Below are positions 1 to 8,324 of a DNA stretch of 64,000 nt, piece after piece (position 1 is the first letter of the stretch; the number at the start of each line of letters is the position of its first letter). The position numbers were made by a program, and so were the translations under genes. The DNA is taken from the NCBI GenBank assembly GCA_963705305.1, contig OY970067.1, forward strand, positions 2,176,001 through 2,240,000. The letters run 5' to 3'. The notes under the pieces were generated by a model, which searched no databases, had not been told where the DNA came from, and saw only the letters and a list, made by a program, of their open reading frames with translations. This DNA is from an uncultured Methylomirabilota bacterium. GTDB lineage: Bacteria > Methylomirabilota > Methylomirabilia > Methylomirabilales > 2-02-FULL-66-22.

Positions 1-2
1 GG

Positions 3-1001
3 CACCTCCACGTCATGGGCGCCAGCGGGATGGGTGGGCCGACAACCCGGACGACCGATCTCCAGATCGAGCGAATCGCAGGCGCCGGGGTCACCACTGC
101 GGTCTCGCCCCTGGGAGCGGATAGCCTGAGCCGGACCATCCCGGCGCTCCTGGCCCGGGCAGCGGCGCTGGAGGCCGAAGGTCTCACTGCCTACTGCTAT
201 ACAGGCGGGTGGCGGCACCCGGTGCCGACGCTGACCGGAGACCCCCAAGCGGATGTGGCTTTCGTGGATCGGGTGCTCGGCGTGAAGGCGGCCATCTCCG
301 AGCCCATGGCGCCTGTCTACTCGCTGGAGGAGCTGTGCCGGCTGGCGCATGCCGCGTTCACGGGCGGGCGCCTGGCGGGAAAGGCGGCGGTCCTGCACGC
401 GCACGTGGGGGACGAGCCCGACGGCCTTACGCCGCTCTGGGAAATCCAACGGCGAACGGGCATCCCGGCTCACCGACTGGTGGCCACGCACGTCAACCGG
501 AACTCCCATCTCTGGACCCAGGCCCGGGAATACGCGCGGGCCGGGGGGAGCATCGACATCACCGGCATGCAGCGGCCGGAGACGGGGCACCCGAAGGCGC
601 TGCCTCCGGCCAGGGCGATCCAGGAGGCGCTGGCGGAGCGAGTGCCGCCGGAACGGATCACCCTCAGCACCGACAGCGGGGCGGCCTACCCGCGCACGGA
701 TGCATCCGGTCGGGTCGTGGGCCATTACATGGCCGGGCCGGAGTCGCTGCTGTTGACCATCCGGGAGCTGGCGCAGGAGGGCGGGCTGTCGTGGGGCCAA
801 GCGGCCAGTTTCTGCACGGCACACCCTGCGGATCTTCTCGGCCTGTCTCGCAAGGGCTACCTGCGGCCGGGACGGGACGCGGACCTCGTGCTCCTCGGCA
901 GAGCGGGGAACGTGGAGTCCGTCCTGGCGCGCGGATCCTTCCTGGTGCGGGAGGGCCGCAAGGCGGTCTGCGGCAGCTTCGGTGAAGGCGGGGCGAGCTG
1001 A
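3..1001 (+). CDS. iadA: Beta-aspartyl peptidase (isoaspartyl dipeptidase)-like amidohydrolase, 5'-truncated by the window edge
   Basis: HLH metal motif at 3-11, in frame with ORF 15..1001; GPTTRT, AGVTT, DRVLGVK, HAHVGD, THVNR, LSTD and GxDADLV follow the IadA motif order. Confidence 0.8.
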   Translation, partial: HLHVMGASGMGGPTTRTTDLQIERIAGAGVTTAVSPLGADSLSRTIPALLARAAALEAEGLTAYCYTGGWRHPVPTLTGDPQADVAFVDRVLGVKAAISEPMAPVYSLEELCRLAHAAFTGGRLAGKAAVLHAHVGDEPDGLTPLWEIQRRTGIPAHRLVATHVNRNSHLWTQAREYARAGGSIDITGMQRPETGHPKALPPARAIQEALAERVPPERITLSTDSGAAYPRTDASGRVVGHYMAGPESLLLTIRELAQEGGLSWGQAASFCTAHPADLLGLSRKGYLRPGRDADLVLLGRAGNVESVLARGSFLVREGRKAVCGSFGEGGAS

Positions 1002-1082
1002 GAAGCTGGCTCGTGGGGAGCGCGGCGCCGAATTCGGGCTGCGCCCTTCGACGAAAAAAGGGGAGCAGAGGAGCGGAATCAC

Positions 1083-2165
1083 ATGGCGACGTATGCAATC
1101 GCAGTGCTGCCGGGCGATGGGATCGGCCTGGAGGTGATGGCGGAGGCGTTGAAGGTTCTGCGGGCGGTGGAGAGCGCATTCCCGGGCCTGCGCTTTGCCT
1201 GCCGGGAGCACCCGGTGGGGGCCCGCTGCTACCGGGAGACGGGGACCGACCTTCCGGACGCCACGCTGGAGGCATGCCGGGCGGCGGATGCGATCCTGCT
1301 GGGGGCCGCCGGGCTTCCAGACATCCGCTGGCCGGATGGGACGGAGATCCGGCCGCAGGTCACCCTGCGCTTCCTCCTGGACCTGTACGCCGGCATCCGC
1401 CCCATCAAGAAGTACGCCGGGATCCCCGCCGTGCTGGCCGGTGATCCCCCGATCGACTATGTCATCCTGCGGGAGAACACGGAGGGGTTGTTCGCCGGCG
1501 GCTTGCGGGTGGGCGGGCACGTGGCCATGGACAGCATGGTCATCACGCGGCCCGGGACCGAGCGGATCGTGCGCTATGCCTTCCGCCTGGCCGAAAGACG
1601 AGGCGGGGCGCCGCCGGGCGGCCAGCGGCGGGTGACCTGCGTGGACAAGGCCAATGTCCTGAAAAGCATGGCCTTCTTCCGCCAGGTCTTTGACGATGTG
1701 GCAAAGGGATTCCCCGCCATATCGACCGACCATGCCTACGTGGATGCCATGACGCTGTATATGGTCCAACGGCCCCTGCGCTTCGACGTGGTCGTGACAG
1801 AGAACATGTTCGGAGACATCATCTCCGATCTGGGTGCGGGAACGATCGGGGGGATGGGGGTGGCCCCATCGGCCGACGTGGGGGACGCGCACGGCATCTT
1901 CCAGCCGTCCCACGGCACGGCGCCGGACATCGCCGGGAAGGGCATCGCCAATCCGATCGGCCAGATCCTCTCCGTCCGGATGATGCTGGAGTGGCTGGCC
2001 GACCGGAAGCGGGACGCCCAGCTGGGCCGGGCGGCCGCCGCCATCGAGAAGGCGGTGGAGGCCACGCTGGCCGACCCCCGCAACCACACCGCCGACCTGG
2101 GCGGGAGAGCTTCCACTCAGGCCGTGGGCGACGCCGTGGTTGCGGCACTCCGGCCGCCTCGCTAG
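1083..2165 (+). CDS. Isocitrate/isopropylmalate/tartrate dehydrogenase family protein
   Basis: LPGDGIGLEV, RENTEG, VDKANV, NMFGDIISD, HGTAPDIAGKGIANP, TADLGG; GAGGAG SD upstream. Confidence 0.9.
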   Translation: MATYAIAVLPGDGIGLEVMAEALKVLRAVESAFPGLRFACREHPVGARCYRETGTDLPDATLEACRAADAILLGAAGLPDIRWPDGTEIRPQVTLRFLLDLYAGIRPIKKYAGIPAVLAGDPPIDYVILRENTEGLFAGGLRVGGHVAMDSMVITRPGTERIVRYAFRLAERRGGAPPGGQRRVTCVDKANVLKSMAFFRQVFDDVAKGFPAISTDHAYVDAMTLYMVQRPLRFDVVVTENMFGDIISDLGAGTIGGMGVAPSADVGDAHGIFQPSHGTAPDIAGKGIANPIGQILSVRMMLEWLADRKRDAQLGRAAAAIEKAVEATLADPRNHTADLGGRASTQAVGDAVVAALRPPR

Positions 2166-2306
2166 CGCGTGTGGGAAGGCCGGTCAATGACGAATGTCCA
2201 CCGCTGTGTTATGTATAAGGAGGATGTTGCGACCGCCGGTTCCCATGGCAACCCTCACGGTGCGTTGCGACGCCCTCGAGAATCTTTTTCCGGGAGGTAA
2301 GACATC

Positions 2307-3350
2307 ATGGATCGACCGATTCTTGGCATTACCATGGGGGACCCCGCCAGCATCGGGCCGGAGATCGCGGCCAAGGCCCTGGCGGATCCCTCGGTGTACG
2401 CGAAGTCCCGGCCGTTCGTCATCGGCGACCGCCGCGCCATGGCCGATGCGCTCCGGATCACCAAGCTCCCGTTGGCCATCGCGACCATCTCGAAGGTGGC
2501 CGAGGCGCGCTTCGCGTCGGGCACGATGGACGTCCTGGATCTCGCCAACGTGGACATGGCCAAGCTGGTATACGGGAAGGTCAGCGCCATGTGCGGCAAG
2601 GCCTCGGTGGAGTATATCGAGAAGGGGATCGCCCTGGCCCTGGCGGGCGAGATCGATGCCGTCGTCACCGGGCCCATCCACAAGGAGTCCATCAACCAGG
2701 CCGGGTGCCCCCACCCGGGCCACACGGAGATCTTCGGAGCCCTGACCAACACCAAGGACTACGCGATGATGCTGCTGGGCGAGGACCTCCGGGTGGTGCA
2801 CGTGTCCACCCACGTCTCGCTCCGCCAGGCGATCGAGCGCACCAAGAAACCGCGCGTCCTGACCGTCATCCGGCTGGCCGATCGGGCGCTCAAGGCGCTG
2901 GGCATCGCCGAGCCGAAGATCGCCGTGGCCGGCCTGAACCCCCACGCCGGCGAGCACGGGCTGTTCGGCGACGAGGAGATCAAGGAGATCATTCCGGCGA
3001 TCGAGGCGGCCAAGGCGGAAGGCATCAAGGTGGATGGCCCGATCGCCCCGGACACCGTCTTCGGGCGCGCCCGCGGCGGCCTCTACGACATCGTGGTCTG
3101 CATGTACCACGACCAGGGGCACGTCCCCCTGAAGACCCTGGGCTTCACGTTCGACAGGGCCACCCAGAAGTGGACGTCGGTGAGCGGGGTGAATGTCACC
3201 TTGGGGCTGCCCATCATCCGGACGTTGGTGGACCACGGGACGGCCTTCGGCAAGGCGGGCAAGGGAACGGCTGCCCAGCAGAGCATGCTGGACGCCATCG
3301 ATGTGGCCGTAAAGCTGGCCCAGGGACGCAAGAAGGGCCTGTCGGCCTAG
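2307..3350 (+). CDS. pdxA: 4-hydroxythreonine-4-phosphate dehydrogenase / PdxA2 family
   Basis: ITMGDPASIGPE, GHTE, GLNPHAGE, MYHDQGH, GLPIIRTxVDHGTAF; SD GGGAGGT. Confidence 0.92.
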   Translation: MDRPILGITMGDPASIGPEIAAKALADPSVYAKSRPFVIGDRRAMADALRITKLPLAIATISKVAEARFASGTMDVLDLANVDMAKLVYGKVSAMCGKASVEYIEKGIALALAGEIDAVVTGPIHKESINQAGCPHPGHTEIFGALTNTKDYAMMLLGEDLRVVHVSTHVSLRQAIERTKKPRVLTVIRLADRALKALGIAEPKIAVAGLNPHAGEHGLFGDEEIKEIIPAIEAAKAEGIKVDGPIAPDTVFGRARGGLYDIVVCMYHDQGHVPLKTLGFTFDRATQKWTSVSGVNVTLGLPIIRTLVDHGTAFGKAGKGTAAQQSMLDAIDVAVKLAQGRKKGLSA

Positions 3351-3557
3351 CAGGCTGCTCAAAAAGGCCCATCTGCCGGGTACCCATCTGATGGGTGCCC
3401 ATCCTTCGGATGGGTACCCCGCCCGCTCGCGCACTCGCTGCGGCGTACCGGAAGTATGCCTTGACCCGCACGTGGCGGGTGCCCCGCGCTTTGCGGGCCG
3501 CCTTGCATCTGGACCTTTTTGAGCAGCCCGGGCGAAGACGAGTTTTTCAGGATCCTG
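3351..3557 (+). mobile_element. MITE-like repeat family A, copy 1
   Basis: Ends CAGGCTGCTCAAAAA...TTTTTCAGGATCCTG, flanked by CTAG at 3347-3350 and 3558-3561; homologous to 38645-38897 and 42425-42619. Confidence 0.8.
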
Positions 3558-3830
3558 CTAGCGTAGCGGTCTGAAATCCGCCGGCTTTTCCCGAGCCCCT
3601 GGTCTGCACCAAGGCACCGGACCCGCGACGCCCGGACGGATCTGGGGGCCTGTGCGCCTCCGTGCGCACGGCGTGTCCCGTCCCGCCGCCGCAGTGTCCG
3701 GGCGGGCGGCCCGACGGCCGGAGATTCGTCGCGCGACGTTGGCTCAGGCTGCCCGATCTCCGCTCGGCCCTGGTCGGCAGTACCCCCGATTCTCGGACCG
3801 GACCTCCCCCCTCCCTGGTCTTGTATCCGT

Positions 3831-3859
3831 AGCCCCCCGTGTTACTGCGACGGGGGGCT
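3831..3859. terminator. Stable hairpin, possible terminator or regulatory stem upstream of mgtC
   Basis: Perfect 10-bp stem AGCCCCCCGT/ACGGGGGGCT with a 9-nt loop; only a weak U tract follows. Confidence 0.3.
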
Positions 3860-3962
3860 TGCCGTTTGAACTCCGCAAGGAGAGGCGCTATATTCGCAGC
3901 CACCTTGCTGTGACCTCTGGTGTCGCGAGCCAGATGGCTTCCCTGCCATAGGAGGTACACCT

Positions 3963-4652
3963 ATGAACGCGTATCCGTATGAAATCCACCTGCTACTCCG
4001 GTTAGTGCTCGCCGTTCTCTGCGGGGCTGCCTTGGGGTATGAGCGGGAGCGCCACGGGCGGAGCGCCGGGCTCCGCACCAACCTCCTCGTGTGCGTCGGG
4101 GCCGCCCTCATGATGGTGCTCTCGAAGTACTTCTACTACAAGCCGGGGGAGGTGGCCGCCACCATCCCGGTTGCCCTCGACCCCGCCCGGATCGCGGCGC
4201 AGATCGTGTCGGGGATCGGCTTCCTCGGGGCGGGCGTGATCCTCAAGGACCGCGGGGGCGCCCGGGGATTGACCACGGCAGCGACCCTCTGGTTCAACGC
4301 GGGGGTCGGGATGGCCTGTGGGGCGGGCATGCTGCTCCTGCCGCTCTTCTGCACGGGCCTCGGCCTGGTGTCCCTCACGGCCGTCAAGCAGTGGGAAGGG
4401 CACATCCGCCGGGACAGCTACAAGACGATCGCGGTGGACTGCCAGGATCGGAATGGCCCGCTCCTGGCCCACCTCACACAGTACCTCACCACCCAGCACC
4501 TCCAGATCCTCAATGTGAATTTCAGCACCACCGCCGCAGACGGGGCGACGTACGAATTCGCCGTCAGAGGCCCCTGGCGGGATCTGGAGCTGCTCACGCG
4601 CCTTAATGACTTGATGGGGATGGACGGCATCGCCCGGGTCCGGGTGGGGTGA
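3963..4652 (+). CDS. mgtC: MgtC/SapB family membrane protein with C-terminal ACT-like domain
   Basis: GYERE, AGLRTNLLV, RIAAQIVSGIGFLGAG, GLTTAATLW; SD AGGAGGT. Confidence 0.92.
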   Translation: MNAYPYEIHLLLRLVLAVLCGAALGYERERHGRSAGLRTNLLVCVGAALMMVLSKYFYYKPGEVAATIPVALDPARIAAQIVSGIGFLGAGVILKDRGGARGLTTAATLWFNAGVGMACGAGMLLLPLFCTGLGLVSLTAVKQWEGHIRRDSYKTIAVDCQDRNGPLLAHLTQYLTTQHLQILNVNFSTTAADGATYEFAVRGPWRDLELLTRLNDLMGMDGIARVRVG

Positions 4653-4791
4653 GCGCTACCGGGCGTCGTGAGTGCGCGAGCGCCCGCACGATTGCAGGAC
4701 GAGAGCCGGCCCGCCGGACAGCGGTTTATACTGGACGCTCCGCTGTTGCGCTCGCGGGATTGTTTCCGACCAGTGCCCAGGTTTGCCCTAC

Positions 4792-4984
4792 CCGCTACAC
4801 AAAGGTGTTGAAGATTCGCTTGTCAATAGGCGCGATTCCTCTGTGGTTACAGCGCATTCCGTCCTTTTCGGATTGAGCTGACATCGAGGAAGATTTCTTC
4901 CCCGACAAGGCGTTCCGATTCGGTCAACCAATTCATGCCGTTACTAGCGAAACGCCGACCGTTATCAACACCTTTGTGTAACGG
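4792..4984. mobile_element. MITE-like element family B (193 bp)
   Basis: Terminal inverted repeats match 19/20: CCGCTACACAAAGGTGTTGA (4792-4811) and TCAACACCTTTGTGTAACGG (4965-4984); flanked by CTAC/CTAG; interior is AT-richer and non-coding. Confidence 0.75.
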
Positions 4985-5034
4985 CTAGAGGTTTGCCCTG
5001 CTTGGGGAGCCATGCGGGACTCGAACTGTGCACC

Positions 5035-5319
5035 TCATCCGATAGGACCGAGGCCAGGGTCACCACAGGAAGTAGCCCCATCCTGTGAGCCAGCGCCGCC
5101 ACCGATTTGCAGCATCTGGGCCAAGGTGAGCGCGAACACCACCATGATGATGTAGCCCATCGCCAGCACGGCGAACCATCCCAGCAGGTGGAGAAAGGCG
5201 GGGAAGTCCTTGCCTTGCAGCAGATTAGAGAACCACCGATTCCATTGGGTAAGGGGCACCGTCACGAGGACGCTCCCGAAGAGGAGCGAGCCCGGCTTCT
5301 TCTGGACCCGGCGCGCCAC
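5035..5319 (-). pseudogene. Fragment of YddA/BacA-like ABC transporter membrane domain
   Basis: QWNRWFSNLLQGKDFPAF...QMLQI, then a 1-nt deletion before the family motif WRRWLT and an in-frame stop soon after. Confidence 0.65.
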
Positions 5320-5427
5320 ACCGAATCATCTGAGGCTTATCCCGGGCAGATCGATCTCAAGCCGTAGTGCGGGCGCCTGCCGGCTGCCGGCTGGGGCAAG
5401 GTGATAGCGCGGGCAAACCGGCAGGCC

Positions 5428-6420
5428 TCAAGGGCGACGCCGGTTGTCCGGGCCCACGGCGGTGCCGTTCCTGAAGGCGTTTCTTACTATGAACATCGGC
5501 CGGCCGCGAACCTGTTCGTGCATGCGGCCCAGGTACTGCCCCATAATCCCCAACACGAAAAGCTGAATGCTGCCCATGACCGTCACGACGATCATCAGGC
5601 TCGCCCAGCCTTGGGGGGTCTTGCCGACGAAGAGCCAGGAGTAGAGGATGTAGCCGAGCAGGACCAGGCTTCCGGCCGCAAAGAGCAGTCCGGCGTAGCT
5701 GGCCAGCGCCAGGGGTCGGGTGGAAAAGGCGACTATGCCGTCGAGCGCCAGCCGCAGGAGGTGCCAGAAAGGATATTTGGTCTTCCCTGCGACGCGGCTG
5801 TCGCGGTCGTAGAGAAAAGGCGTCTGGCGGAAGCCGACCCAGCTCACCATGCCGCGGATGAAGCGGTGGCGTTCCGGCATTTGCAGGATCAGCTCCAGCA
5901 CTCGTCTTGAGATGAGGCGAAAATCACCGGCATCGACGGGAATGGGGATGTCCGACAAAGCTCTCAGAAAACGGTAGAAAACCGAGCAGGCCATGCGCTT
6001 TAGCACACCGTCTCCCGGCCGGCTTCGGCGCTGGGCGTAGACGACGTCGGCCCCTTCATCCATCAGCGCGAGCATCCGGGGCAGCAGTTCGGGGGGGTCC
6101 TGCAGGTCGGCGTCCATGATGAGAATCCGATCCGCCGTGCAGTAATGCAGTCCGGCCGAGATGGCAAGTTGATGGCCGTGGTTGCGCGAAAGGTCCAGCA
6201 CCACTACCGCCGGATCATCGCGGCTGAATTGGACTACCTGGAGGAGTGTGTCATCGGTGGAGCCGTCGTTTACAAAAACGATCTCGTAGGCCTTCCCGAG
6301 CGAGTCTCCTACCGCCTTGACGCGGCGATAGGTTTCCGGGAGCGCCGCCGCCTCGTTATAGCAGGGCAAAAGAAAGCTTACGAAAGGGCGGGCGGGATTT
6401 TGCGCGGAAGATACGTCCAT
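5428..6420 (-). CDS. gtrB: GT2 polyprenol-phosphate glycosyltransferase (GtrB/ArnC type)
   Basis: PCYNE, VNDGSTD, LSRNHGHQLA, MDADLQDPPE, GDFRL, RFIRG, two C-terminal TM helices. Confidence 0.88.
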   Translation of the reverse strand: MDVSSAQNPARPFVSFLLPCYNEAAALPETYRRVKAVGDSLGKAYEIVFVNDGSTDDTLLQVVQFSRDDPAVVVLDLSRNHGHQLAISAGLHYCTADRILIMDADLQDPPELLPRMLALMDEGADVVYAQRRSRPGDGVLKRMACSVFYRFLRALSDIPIPVDAGDFRLISRRVLELILQMPERHRFIRGMVSWVGFRQTPFLYDRDSRVAGKTKYPFWHLLRLALDGIVAFSTRPLALASYAGLLFAAGSLVLLGYILYSWLFVGKTPQGWASLMIVVTVMGSIQLFVLGIMGQYLGRMHEQVRGRPMFIVRNAFRNGTAVGPDNRRRP

Positions 6421-6430
6421 GTGGACCACC

Positions 6431-7624
6431 TCATTGGATCGCGGGCACGCCGGCAAACGGGCTGTCCGGACGCCGCAGCAGCGAGGCGAGCATCGTGATA
6501 AAAACGGCTGTCATCACCGGGTGCCAAAAGAGGGCGAAGTAATTTCCGAACACCGGGCGCAGCAGGTTGGGCAGAAGGCTCATGGACAAGCAGAGGGACG
6601 CCGCCAGCCATCCGAACCTGCGCGCCGTGGGGGCGCCGATCGCCGCCGTGGCCCAGAGTCCCATGGCCGGGGCGAGAATCACGTAGCTGTTGGCTTCGTT
6701 CATTGGGTTGAACAGCATCAGGTAGGATGTGGTAAGCGCCAGGAGCCACATGGCCCGGAAGGGCTCGCGGAGCCGCTCGGCCCCGATCCACCACAACAGC
6801 AGGGCCACCCCTCCGGCTGCGACGCGCAGGAGTAACGATATGCGGGTCGGCAGCTCCCAGCCCAAGGTCCGGATAACGCCGCCGATGTCCGCGAAACGGT
6901 GCTGGGTAACCGCCGCGCACGCTTGAATGTTCGCAAAAAACGCTCTATGTTGGGCTGCGACGTAAACGGCGGGCGCGAACAAAAAAGGCAGCAAGAACAG
7001 TGCGGCAAGCACCGGAAGGATGCGCAGGCGCAGCGGCGCGTAAACCGCCACCGCCAGAAGCAGCAGCACGGCGCCCAGAGGTTTTACGCCGAGCGCGAGC
7101 ACAATGAAGGTCGAAGCCCGCCACCACTGCCGGCGCGGCAGACACGCCGCGGCGTGCAGGGTGAGCGCCGCAAATATCCCGTTTGCCTGTCCGTTTCTAA
7201 GTGCGTCGAGGCACAGGGGCATCGTGAAAAGCGAAGCATAAAGAAAAGCCCGGGCAATATCGGGGCCGAATTCTTCCCGCTGAAAGCGCCAGACGCCCGT
7301 TGCCAGGAGGGCCACCGTGCACAGGCGCCAGAGGATATCGCCCACCGGCACGGGCAGCCAATGGAAAGGGGCAAACAGCACCGGGAACTGAGGCAGGTAG
7401 TTCATGCCTCCGGGGCCGCGGTAGATGTCTTTCCCGGCCCACCAGTCGGCGCTCGCCTGATGGTAGAGGTGGGTGACGCTGCGGTGCGCGGGGTTTGCGG
7501 CCACCAGGACGGAGATAACCAGGAAGGGGATCAGCCAGATCAACACCCCAAGCCATAACTGCCGGCCCCTGTCGTCGAGCCGGCCCGGCCCTTTTGCCTG
7601 GTCGCGCGCAGCTATTTCGGACAT
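6431..7624 (-). CDS. GT87/DUF2029 membrane glycosyltransferase (GT-C fold)
   Basis: Polytopic; NYLPQF, NGQAN and LGVKP motifs typical of GT87. Confidence 0.75.
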   Translation of the reverse strand: MSEIAARDQAKGPGRLDDRGRQLWLGVLIWLIPFLVISVLVAANPAHRSVTHLYHQASADWWAGKDIYRGPGGMNYLPQFPVLFAPFHWLPVPVGDILWRLCTVALLATGVWRFQREEFGPDIARAFLYASLFTMPLCLDALRNGQANGIFAALTLHAAACLPRRQWWRASTFIVLALGVKPLGAVLLLLAVAVYAPLRLRILPVLAALFLLPFLFAPAVYVAAQHRAFFANIQACAAVTQHRFADIGGVIRTLGWELPTRISLLLRVAAGGVALLLWWIGAERLREPFRAMWLLALTTSYLMLFNPMNEANSYVILAPAMGLWATAAIGAPTARRFGWLAASLCLSMSLLPNLLRPVFGNYFALFWHPVMTAVFITMLASLLRRPDSPFAGVPAIQ

Positions 7625-7661
7625 ATGACGACCACGTTGAACAAAAGGCCCGTCCTCGTGG

Positions 7662-7884
7662 TCAGGGCGAACATCGCGGCGGTTTTTTTCGGGCCCTGGC
7701 CCTGGACGAGATCCGGCAGTTAAGGTAGTAGTTACAGCAAACGCTGACCAGGTAGCCGGCAACGGAAGAAGGAACCGGATCGAACTTCAACCGCTGCACG
7801 AGCAGAATCAGTATGCAGAACTGAATAAGGGTCGCAAGGGCGCCGACGCAGGCAAACCTCCACAACTGGGAGAAGGTCTCGCGG
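7662..7884 (-). pseudogene. gtrA: Truncated GtrA-family flippase
   Basis: QLWRFACVGALATLIQF...AGYLVSVCCNYYLN matches GtrA helices 1-2, then the frame degenerates and stops; no clear start codon. Confidence 0.6.
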
Positions 7885-8197
7885 GCGCTGACCGGATAGG
7901 AAGTTGGAAAACGCCCTCGGCTGGACTCCGGGGCCGGAGGACACGGACCGGCCCGGGGGCGGCCGCACCGACGGGAGAACCCGCGAGGAACGCAAGATGC
8001 GGCGGACGCTACCACCAGCGGGCGAAGGGTGTCAAGCGGAATACCGGGAGCGGTAGTGTATCACTGATCAGTGGGGGCAGGCCAGAGCCAGGCAGGACTC
8101 GAACCGGAGGTCTCGCCTCCAGTGGCCGAGATCCGCGCCTCGGGCCGCCGTCGGCCGGCCTGAGACCCCCTCCGCCTCTGCCTCCAACCTCCGACAC

Positions 8198-8237
8198 TCG
8201 TCATCGAACTGTGAGACAAATGTCAACAAATTGTCAC
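8198..8237 (+). promoter_or_regulatory. Pho box-like array (PhoB/OmpR-type direct repeats)
   Basis: CGTCAT (8199), TGTGAG (8210), TGTCAA (8221), TGTCAC (8232): exact 11-bp period, upstream of a phosphatase gene. Confidence 0.75.
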
Positions 8238-8324
8238 GGCGATTCTCAAGAATTCCCCACGTTCCCCAGACCGTCGATCGCGTCGCATCCCCGCATTTCC
8301 CGTTGGCACTGGGAGGAAAGACCT

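Noticed and set aside
3560..3960. Long leader before mgtC as a possible M-box riboswitch
   Set aside because: No recognisable M-box conserved sequence.
5003..5079. 77-nt minus-strand tRNA-like stretch (GGGGCTA...GTTCGAGTCCC...TGGCTCCCCA)
   Set aside because: The T-stem does not pair, there is no D-arm or 7-nt anticodon loop, and the 5' part is explained by the ABC pseudogene. A tRNAscan-SE run would settle it.
5411..5443. GGGCAAACC...GACGC resembling a c-di-GMP-I riboswitch
   Set aside because: Lacks the GAAA loop stem and GCAAAG, and overlaps the gtrB 3' end.
8089..8110. GGCAGGACTCGAACC resembling a reversed tRNA T-loop or att site
   Set aside because: No T-stem or acceptor stem, and no integrase nearby.
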